Origin: Octopus bimaculoides | Lineage: Eukaryota | Reading direction: 5' to 3' | Length of the DNA: 64,000 bases | Assembly (NCBI RefSeq): GCF_001194135.2 | Contig: NC_068985.1 | Location: 121,689,121 to 121,753,120, forward strand | Shown: one piece after another, positions 10,801 to 22,800 of the stretch | Layout: each line of letters starts with the position of its first letter | Numbering within the stretch: position 1 is the first letter of the stretch | Notes under the pieces: model-generated | What the model saw: only the letters and a program-made list of their open reading frames with translations | Database searches by the model: none | Told to the model about the DNA's origin: nothing | Position numbers and translations under genes: made by a program

Positions 10801-13800
10801 ACACTACTTTTCTAAAACCACTACTCCTCTATCACCCTTACACCACAATGAGACTGTAGCGCTACATAGGCTCCTGGTTACAAGATGGCAACAGGTCTGT
10901 CTATATACAGTACCTACAACCATCATTCCCTTTCCTCCATGTGATTCCAAGTTGACATCTAGCATTCTAACTTCGCCCTCAGTTACTCATTTTTGGCCTT
11001 TCTACTGTCATCACTTCCTATCCAATTCCCCTCTTTGTTCTACACACCTTAGATCACTGAATACTCTCTACATTTACTATGTACAAGGCTCCCCACCCTC
11101 CTGTGCTAGTTCCACAACGTACCCACTTCCAGTACAGTACTCCCAGTGACTGGTAATAGAGAAAACCTCTCTAGTACTGCTAACATGAAATGTGTTATTA
11201 GTTCACACTGTAAAGTGGTTGACAAATGAGCAGAGAAAACGTAGGGCTGCGAGGTCCCTATAGTCCTATCTCACCAAGGATTATTCAACTGCTTTAGTGT
11301 TGGTATGACAATAAAAATGCATCCACCAGTAGAAACCAAGACAAATGACACATACAAGCAGCAGTCTAGGGGAAGAATGGTTCCTAATAAAAGATGACTT
11401 AGATTGTGATGACCTGTTGAACCCATTCCAACATGGAAAGCTCAATACAATGATGATAATGTAGAATGTTGCAGAAATAAATGAAAAAAAAACTTGATAT
11501 AGGGAGAAAAATTAGCAAAAATTTGGAGAACATGAAATTTGCATTGAAAAATGTTGGATGGTGTATGGCAAGTACTTAGTGAAATCATATTACTAATGTA
11601 GATTTACCTCAATATTCTGATTCAAATATGAATAAGCAAATTAAAGTGATCTCAAGTAGTGTGGTACAAAAATGGTTTAAAGGGAGAAACATAAAACAGA
11701 CAAACACAAACATACCGATCTGAAACATTTTATTGAGACATCCTGTTGCTTTCTGAATAAGGATATCCCATCTGCCATGGAAAAATCTTTTTCTTGGTAA
11801 TCCCATCACTCTCATTTTATCAATTAGAGAATCAGTACCAATGACATAATATTTCTTATCTGGATGGTTTTTGTACATATTCAAAGCCCATGAGGTCTTT
11901 CCACAGCCAGGCAAACCAATTAACATTATCATCTATATAAAACAAAAGAAAACATATTTAGAAATCAAACATGACACAGTTACAGGAATCAACTACATAA
12001 AAATAGTAATATTGAAGATATTAGGAAACACAAGATTCTAAGTTTGTAACACATGACTTACATCAATCTCGTGATAAGATTGCAATTTTGTCCTACCATT
12101 ACAACAACTGGTTTAGATTTCAACATATTTTAGAATTAGAATGATGCTCAAGTCTTTAACATTGGCGAAACAATATTTTAAAAACATTAGGATTAATATA
12201 ACTAAAAAGTTATATATTATTGATACTAATGTTAGATGAAAGAAGCAAGAGTTCATCTGTCTGTAACTGAAGCAGCAGCAGCTGGGGTACACAACAGCGT
12301 CTCTAAGTACCAACTACACAATGGTAATTTTACTTTTCCGATAGATCATTAATCAAATACTGTTAAACAGAATCTCTTACGTTATTTACATTTGACGGAT
12401 ATTTATCCTCATCTTGTTTGTTGTTCGATTCCAAGCAGGAGAAATTTCGAACCTGGGTTCTCATTCCTAAGATGGTTGTTATTGTTATTATTATTATTTT
12501 TATTATTATTATTCAGGTCACTGCTTGGAATTGAACTCGGAATCTTGGGGTTAGTAGCCTGCGATCTTAACCACTACGCCATATGCCTGTGGGCAATTAT
12601 GGAGTGAATTTTTAGGGCTTATAAATCTAATATTTTCCTATATTATAAATATATATAGTTGTTAGATCAGGTAATGAAAGTCACGGAGAGGGTCATAGCC
12701 CAACTAATTAGGGAGAGAATCAGTTTAGATGAGATGCAGTTTGGGTTCGTGCCAGGGAAAAGCACCACTGAAGCTATATTTCTGGTAAGACAGCTGCATG
12801 AGAAATACCTAGCCAAAGATAAACTTCTGTACCTGGCTTTCGTTGACATCTGGTGGTCAATGAGGAAACTAGGGATAGATGACCAAAGACTGCATGTACT
12901 CCATCCCATGCAGCTGTGGTAGGTTATACAAAGGCGAAACATGCCGTCCCTCAAAATAAGGGTAGAGGAAGATCGCAAAGCTGTGACACGAAGAGATATT
13001 AATAAATCAGGTATAGCTGATCATGTATGGAAAAATGGAGACCACCTCCCCCTGTGGGATGAAGTTAAAATAATAGACAGAGAACACCACTGGAAAATAC
13101 AAAAACTAAAAGAAGCAGCACATATGCTAGGACACAACAACCTCCTAAGCAGACCGAGTGCAGATATGAATAGCATATGGGAACCAGTATTAAGGAAGGA
13201 TAGGAATATATTAGATTTATAAGCCCCAAAAATTCATTTCATAATTGCCCACAGGCATATGGCATAGTGGTTAAGAGCCCAGGCTACTAACCCCAAGATT
13301 CCGAGTTCGATTCCAAGCAGTGACCTGAATAATAATAACAACATCAAAAAATACCTTAGGAATGAAAACCCAAGTTCGAAATTTCCCCCAAGACACCTGA
13401 TGAAGGCAGGAGGGTATATCAGCCAAAATGTTGTGTTAACAACAAACAAGATGAGGACAAATATCCGTCAATTGTAAATAATTCCTCATCTCTTAAATAT
13501 AGAACAGGATCTCTTAGTTTATAAATGCAATGGTCTCACTCTTTGAAAGCTAATATTTTAAGGTACAAGCCTGGTTAAATTATTATTACAAGATTGACTG
13601 TCTACAACTTGATAAACTTGTGAGAGCTGCTAAGTATTTACAATGAAGGAAGACATTATCTAATATAGATTTGTAACTAAACATAAGAATTCTAGAAACG
13701 TTTTAGAGAATTCATTTCTGTTATCTTTTGTCCCCTTCAAGACAGTTTAAAACTTAACACGTTGAAATTAACAATTATTCTGTTTCACCTAGTAATGTTA

Positions 13801-16800
13801 ACTTGGAGGTAAACGATGTTATTATTCAAGGCAAACTAATTTGACCAGTGAATATTGGTTATTGATTTATGTTGGTGATATCATACACACATCTCCACAT
13901 CAAAGTAAATAGTACATTCTCTTCAATAAAGCTAGTGTTACTAAAATGTACGGTTTTTTTTTGGGGGGGGGGGCAGTAGCTAGATCGTAATTATAAAATA
14001 TGGCAAATATCATCTATCCCTGAGATTTAACTAAATAAACAAATTTGTTTCTAAATGTTATATCTAAATGTTGCTATATGATTATCAGATTTAGCAAACT
14101 TAGAATCATAGCGATCATGTTAATCAAATTAGTTCAATTAACAAATGTAATTGAATGTAGATACAACTTTACAATTAATTGTTACTATTTCCAGCTGTAG
14201 AAACTCTGCCAAATCAGATTGGAGCCTGGTGTAGCCATCTGGTTCACCAGTCCTCAGTCAAATCGTCCAACCCATGCTAGCATGGAAGGCGGACGTTAAA
14301 CGATGATGATGATGATGATTTTGAACTTTACCATGTAATTATTTTCTAGTGTTACACAAGCCACTATTCTATATTAATTTTTTTTAAAAGATAAGAATAC
14401 TGGAGAAGAATTCAGAAAGCTTAGATTTGCTTGAAATGATTTAGAATTATCATTTTAGATCTTTAAGCCATGGACTACAAAAAATACTATTTTAATACCA
14501 AAGATAAAGTTAAAAAGACTTTGTAAACCTTTCTTCTCAGATTCACATAACTGATCATCAGACAGAAACGAACTTTTTGAACTATACAAAAACTACTGTA
14601 CCATTCCAAAGGTTTCAATTCTCCCCGATAATCAGTTATTGAAACTAGGAGCAAGCAAACAGTTTTCAGTTTCAATAAAATATATTCTCTCCCTCTCTCT
14701 CTCTCTCTCTCGTGCATGCAATCTACAGAGGAAATCCATAAAAAATAAACCAAAACTGCAAGAAGTCTATGTCATACATTTACTAAACCTTAGAATAATT
14801 GTTAATTTGCAATTCAACTGCACAAAATATCCAGCTAAAATTGATGAAACAATTCAACAGAAACTAATGAAATAACCACTAACCTCACATTCAGTCTTTG
14901 TGTTAGGACATTTAGAACCTCGTACTCTTTCATTTACATGAACATGGTCAATATAAACAAAACCAGGTGGCGGTGGAAACCAGGCTGCTGTTTGTCCGAA
15001 GTTTACTTTGAACCTAGAATGAGAGAGAAAAGAATGAAGGCTGATTTCATATTCTAATTAAATAATAAGTAAGACAGTTATTCTGAAACTGAGAGACCCC
15101 TGCCTCCAAACAAAAAACAACAAAAGTTGGAAACAGGATATTTAAAATATAAAGGTAAACTTTTCATTTCTAGCCTCATGTTAATTATAACTAAATTATT
15201 ATTTAAAGCTAAGTTTGAGCAGTACGATTTAAATTCTAAAACAAAGCATAATGTTAATTAGATGAGTAAAACAGTAAATAAAGGAGATATCTTATTAAAT
15301 TAGCAAAATGGGAGTGGGGACGAATAATTTAGCTTAGTAAATAAATGATGCATGGTTTGATCCCAAAGTGTAACACCTTGAGCAAGTGTCTTTTAATGTA
15401 GCCTCACATTGACCAATACCCTGCGAGTGGAATATGGTAAAGAGAGAAACTGTGCAGAAATCTACAATGTGGGGTGGGGGGAGGGGACACGTGAATGTTT
15501 AGCAAGTGTAAAAGTGAAGTTGTGAGAAAAGGTGCAACTTAGCAATTCAATAACATAGACTGAAATAAGTACTGGTGTGGATATGACCAACTAAAACATT
15601 TGAAGTTGGTATCCCAGTAGAGTCACAGTCCAATAACTAAAACAAAACAAAACAAAATAGTATTTAAAAAATTTAGGTATGAATTCTAGAAGTTAAATCA
15701 CTAAAACATTATCTATAAATTTATCGCTTCATGTCAGAAGAATATCAGACATGAACCCTAGGAACATTATGCTGTCAATATTTTCCAAAAGGCACGTCAT
15801 TTTGAAAAGATTTGTGTGGGTACTAATATAGCTCTGAGAATCTGTCAATCCAAATTCAGATAGACACGTTATTCTAACAATAAAATTATTTCATTTGATT
15901 CCTTGAATGTATAAATTTATCATAACAATGTACTTAGAGTGCATATTGCAAAGGAAATTAAATTAAAATGATCTTACTTGCAATTCTTTGAAAGAATATG
16001 TGGAAAGAGAGCCATGTTTTCTTTCCCAATAGGATGTGAAGTGAGTGGACAAGCCACACCAAGCCACCGACCATTTTTAGAGTATGAAATAGTAGGTGGT
16101 CGTGATTCTAAATCTAAAAGGCATCCAATTACATCTCCAGCACAAAATGTTTCACCATAGTTGGAGAATTTGCAATTGACGGAGAACTTTCCAGTACCAC
16201 CATAACCATAAGAATTAGCTTCTTCTCCTGGACAATAAGAAAAAATTTTAAATTAATGATTAACTTTCATAGAATATATTTTCTTGGGTTAGTTTGAAAC
16301 AATGCAATATTAGGAGTATACAAAATTTCTCTAGTATAAAAAAAAATGTTAGATGAAGCTTGTTTTATCCATACCTAATTGGTATGAGGACTTATTAATA
16401 GACCATCCAACTCTCACAACATGAGGGTGTTCTTCTCTGTGATCTTCACCAAAATTTGCAGACAGATGCTCAATAACATGAACCTCATAAAATACCTGGA
16501 AAATAATAGCAAATATATTTTCAAATAAATCCTGTTGCTTTTGTCTAAATGTTAAAAATAAATACATTAAAAAAATTCCATTGTTTTGTAACTAAGTTAT
16601 AACGTAACAGTTTCAAATCTAGACATGCCAGTCATCTAAGAACCTTAGAAGTTAAGAATGAAGTAGACAGAATATTAATAACACTTTCAGGTGTTACTAT
16701 TAGTTTCAAACAATCATTCAAAATACATAGCCCAGTGGAGTTGTAGGTATACAGTAAAATACACAACCTCCTCTCATTATCTTTCCAAGTTATCGTCCAA

Positions 16801-19800
16801 CCTCACATTTTCCACCGTCTTCCTCCCTGTCCATTGCCTGACGTTGATCAAATACTCCCTGTGATCTTCCTATACCTCTTTTACAAGGGGTTTTGTATAC
16901 ATGAAACCATATTTGTGAGTGGTAGAGTGGCATGGTGATGCGTTAAATTGACAAATCACTTAATAAAGTTAAGTATTAGAAATTTCACATTGTTGTCCAG
17001 AGATATTCCTAACAGATGAAAGGGTGGAAAATAAATTGTTTATATAATATAGACGTGTATGTGGGCATGCAATAAGAGACCTAGTTTAAAATACAATTTC
17101 AAACTGGACCCATTCACTATAGGTATGAGGCATGCTTCTTATACATCTAGTATCTACTGTAAAATAAAGTCAACTAACAAATCAGGATTACACCAAGACA
17201 AACCAATGGATTAAAGAATGAAACAGGATACTAGAAATGGCTTCTGCAGCAGAGATCCTCACAGAGTGAAATAGATGTACAATGTAAAATCTTACTTACA
17301 TTGTAAAATATAGATGAGGAAAAATTTTTTTTTCCCCCTTTTCATCTTATAAGATATTTAAAAGTTGGCAAAGAATTGTTCCATGATAAAAGAAGTATTT
17401 ACGAAGTTATTCTACTGAATAATGTTAACATTTTTTAACATTGCTGAAATGAATAAGTTAAAAATAATATTTCTGAAAAAAGGAAAAGGATAAATAAAAA
17501 AAATGTAACCANNNNNNNNNNNNNNNNNNNNNNNNNNNNNNNNNNNNNNNNNNNNNNNNNNNNNNNNNNNNNNNNNNNNNNNNNNNNNNNNNNNNNNNNN
17601 NNNNNNNNNNNNNNNNNNNNNNNNNNNNNNNNNNNNNNNNNNNNNNNNNNNNNNNNNNNNNNNNNNNNNNNNNNNNNNNNNNNNNNNNNNNNNNNNNNNN
17701 NNNNNNNNNNNNNNNNNNNNNNNNNNNNNNNTATTATGTTAAATTGTTGAGAACATGGGAGACATAAAGGGGAAACTTCTTTTCCCTTCTCACACACAGA
17801 ATAATTCATTCATATCACATATTTTCTTCTGAATAATTTCATAGTAATAAATACTTTACATGGGTTTTCTTAAATTCTGACAAATTAACTACAGGTGCAC
17901 CAACAACTTTATCACCCAGACAACATAGATTTGTATCAATGCACCAATCAACCAAACATTAGATGGGGGGGGGGGTTCAGAAATTGCATTTTAATATTTT
18001 GAGCCATGATAGCACTTTCACTGACTTCAAAATGTGTGTGCATGAAAGTGCATAACCATAAATTTTGGCTTTAAAAAAGCCCTCATTCAAAGTACACATG
18101 CATACATTGCAAATGAGATTACATTTGCATATCCTTGTCACTTTGGCTATAAACACAAATAATACGATAGAAAGAAATTAAGAATAAAGTTTTAAATCAC
18201 CCAAAACAGAAAAGCTGATTTTTTTTCTCTCTTCTAAAGAGAAAAACTATTTTCAAAAGATGAAAATAATTTTAGCCTGTAATTCACAGGCGCTGAAAGA
18301 AGAGAACTATTGTAGAAAGAAATTTAAAATAGAATTATGCAATTCATTGTTTTCTGAATGTAATAAGCAGCATCTTCGGCTTTTAGTTTTTCATTGATTT
18401 GATGGATGTAAGAAATTCTCTGATGACAAAGAAAAAAGGAAGTTTGCTTGAAAAAGTAAGTCAGATTTCAGTAATGTACTAGCTGTGTGACCAACTCCTG
18501 TTGACAGCACACAACTAAAAACAAGTATGAACCTGCTTTACATATTTAAAATTCCTCATTTTCTTATGGTTTTTATCACACTATATAGCTTGGAACAGTT
18601 TTCTGATTTGCCAGCTCCTGTGAAACTGTCCTACCATTACCAGTATGGAAAACAGATGTCAATTTTTTTTTCTTCTTCCCCTTTTGAAAATTTAGACACT
18701 TGCTTATTATTTACAGTTGGGTACTTTCCTAACACCAACTAATCAGCACTAGTTAGGCAGACAATGAGACTAGTATAGTCCAGAGATACAATGATTATAT
18801 AGGAATGAAATATGAATATATGGTTAGTTCCTTAACCTCAAACATATTGCTAAATAACGATGCTGATATTCAATGAAAAATAGGAATAAAATTATTCAAT
18901 TCCAATTATTCTGATGTCAGAGGTTATAAATTTCTCATGACTTTTATTTCTCTTCCTTTTATTTAATGCATGTTTATTGGGAAAACAAAAGAGAAGCTTT
19001 ATAAAAAACATATAGAAAAAGTAAAGAGTGATACGAATGAGTAACAAGAAATTCTCCTGATCACTGAAATAATTCTGGACACTGTACGTGCCAACAAAAG
19101 TATGGCTGTGTGAAGTATCTTTACCTGGAGACAGATTTCTAATGTGTTGTTAAAAAAGATTTTTTTTAAGTGGACCTCAGGTTCACGTGAGAAATATTTT
19201 TGTGTACAAATGGGTATTGCATATTTAATGATTGCTACCTAAAGCACACTGGAAAACTCGATGGAATGGGAAAATTAACTTGATCTGTCATGCTGATTTT
19301 GCAAATCACTACTTAATGATAGTAACAACCAGTTAACTTCTTTATATCCCAGCATTCGACTTGGAGAGAAACAACACCTTTTTTGCCTACATAAAAGAAG
19401 ATGAGTTTGCTACTTTAAAATTATTAAGAAATTACAATTTTTTTTTTATAAATTCAAGAACCATTTTTCATATTCCTATAAGATGTGAGTGGCATCTCAA
19501 CTAATAATGGTGTATGTGTATATATATATATATATATATCACAGTGGTATTCATGAGTTTATAATTTTCATTACCAGGCATCAAGCTGAAGCAGTAAATT
19601 TTTAATGGTGTATTTCATTAATTTAACAAGGAAGCTTACTTTCATTGCTGAAATCTAGAACAAAAATAAATATTTCAGATTGCAGTTTAGTCTTCGAATG
19701 TCATTCATATAATCTACTGTTTAGCTATGCATTTGCTTCATTTAAGTAGGGATAAAATAATAACTGTTATTTACATCAATACAAAACACACATAAGGTGT

Positions 19801-22800
19801 GCCTTTATTTGATATTAATGTCTTTGATTTTGTATGATATTACAATCAAGTCCAACTATTTCTATTCTATGTAGGTAATAATGAACTAAATCATTAGATC
19901 CTAAAGCCAGGGCTGGAATATATTCAAGTCACTCAAGACTTATGCCTTTACCTAAAATTATCACTCACTATTCAGGTCTTGCAAAAATTATTGGTTTTAT
20001 TTTATCACCTTTATAGAAATCTCAAAAATATAAAATATAAATGAATAAAATAAAAAGATCTGTAAAGTGAGCCATTAAAGAAAATGGATTTAATTAATAA
20101 AAAAAAAAGATGTTATGGTTACCAAAAAAAAAAAAAAAGAAAAAATATGTAACTCAATTTTTCCTGTTTACCTTCAATGTTTTGAATAAAATTCTCCAAT
20201 TGAATTTTATATTACTGAATCGTAGTAGGCTTTTATTTTAATGTATCTAATTTCAAAAGAATTTGCCATCAATAGCATTAAAAATAACATTTATCAATTA
20301 GATAAGGAAAATAAACTGCAAGCCTTAATTATTGTAATTTTTCTGCAATCCTTAAGCAACTCTCAACAAAGCATGAATAAATTCAACTCTATTTTAATCA
20401 AGGGCTTCACTGAAAATAAAATGCATCCAAGAAAATAGTTTTACAGAAATTTATGAGATTTCACCCTTGATTACTTAAATGTCACTATCAGTGGTATTAA
20501 TGTATCAAAAGCTATTAATCTTATAAACAAATTTTCTCCATAATTTTGTTCAAATGTGCTTTATTTATACACATATGTGTGTGTATATTTACACACTAAA
20601 GTGTATTTTGCCTCAAACCAATTGCATTTGTTAATGAATGGACAATAAAATGGTGACTGAAGAAAATATGCTGTTGCTCTAGGAAAACAAACTGTTACGT
20701 GACAGATTACATGATACTACCTACTTGGTGTAAATTTTGGGTGGAATTGAAGAACATAGATTAATTGTAGTAGCATGCACACAGAGACGGACTGATCAAA
20801 TCACTACAACTTATTGTAACACTACCATGACAATTCAAACTGATTGCAGACAACAGAAAAGACAAAACAATAAAAAGAGAAAGATACTAACATGCAAACA
20901 GTCAGGTTAACATTTTGTAATAGCCAGAAGCATTTCCAATACTCAATCTCCAAGCAAACATACACAAATATAGTTATGTCCATATGAAATATTGGTTTGT
21001 TTGTAGTATTTTTTCCTCTTCTTCCATTTGAAAATAGGAAGTACCTAGGTATTTTCTTTGTAGCTTATACTAGCAGACCAAAAAATTTTCCAACTGAAAC
21101 AAGCAGGAATAGTTATACAAAAATGACCTATATCTAAACTATATTGGTGAAATGATTTACTTCAATATGTTCATTAAAAAACAAAAAAAAACCCTTAAGA
21201 ACCTGAAATAAAACATCACCAAAACACGCAGAAAAAAAAAATCTGACATGTGGTAGGTTACTAATAAAACTGATAGAGCTAAACATCAGCTAAATCTTTG
21301 TGATAACTGTTTAAAAGTAAAAAAAATAGCTATGTATTAATACTGCTGTTAACATTTTTCTCATATAAATAGGAACAAATATTTAACAGAAATCCTTTTC
21401 AGAAAGATGGATAAAAAAAAAAAATCAAATATGCAAATTAACAGCAAAACTAACTGAAATATATAAACATAGCAAGATATATTTAGCATGCAGTATTGGT
21501 TAGGAAATAGCTGGTGTTTCAGTAACCACGCCTTCCCCTGATCAACTAATTTTTATATCAATTTGCAAAGATCAAACATCAACAAAAAAAATTAAATAAA
21601 AACAAATGAATCACTTGACTTTTGAAAATGATTGTGGATATCGTTAAATAAAATATTTTCACTGTATACTTTATATTCACCTTATTACAGTTAACTTAGT
21701 TATAACATGATTAAACTAAATAAAAGCAAAATTCAGTAAACTGTGCACACCACTAACAAAATCAGTGCAAATTCTTGATATTATTTCCACCATCCTTTTT
21801 AACCTAAACTAAAGCAATTCCTTACATGGTCATTTGTGTTGTTAGAAAAAGCAGCCAAATTTCTCTCAAACCATACCTTAAGAATTCTTAAAAGGAAAAT
21901 ATTAGCAATGTAATTCTTATGTATGGTCTGACATAGAAGATGAGATGGTCAAGACTAAAATACCTTTAATCAGAAGTACTCAATTTATGAACTGAGCCAG
22001 AGTTAAACAACTACCTAGTCTAAAAGGAACAAAAAACTGTATTTTAGTTTGTTCTTTCTTCCATTTGTAAAAAAGATAACAGCATTTCAGAAGCAGTATC
22101 AAACTAGCAGACTCAGAGTTACACATTCAAACCCTACTTTCAAACATCCACTATAATAAAAGTCTATGAAAGAGATTTCCTCAACAACAGGAATTGTCAC
22201 AACCATTGCGAAATATATATAACTGGAATATGAGCCACCAACACCTACCTGTCTACCCAAGAAGCTGATCTGGGCTCAGTAGTGTAGTACAATTCTAAAA
22301 ATTAAATTTAAGCTAAACAAAACTTAAAATATCATCATCTTCAAGACACAGTTAAATAGAGAAATTTTGCAAGTGGGTCTGTTTTTACATCCTTTGTTGT
22401 TACAAAAACCACACAACACAATAAAGAGCTGAAGAGAAAGCCCCCAAGTGGTTGCTTGAGCTGCTAGAAATTGCAGCAAAACATCCTTCAAATCAAAGTT
22501 TATTATCTAAACAAACAAAAAAAGAAAAAGAAAAAATAGACATATTGGATAACATAATAGATGTAATATATCTGAAAACAAGATGGGATAGTTATGATTG
22601 AAGGACATTTGATCACAGACCATGGTTGGCATAAAAAGAAACAACATGAAGAGTTAGAGGGGTATCAACTGAATTACACAATCAATGATAGGACATAATT
22701 GCTATATTGAGAATATTAAGCTGTTTCATTATAAATTAACAAAATACCACTAAATACACATCTTATAACTTGTTTGTGTGTGTGTGAATATATATTCACA

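Noticed and set aside
13253-13325. tRNA gene (and its inverted copy near 12515-12590)
   Set aside because: A and B boxes are present, but the acceptor and anticodon stems are not intact and the sequence is embedded in a retroelement terminal repeat.
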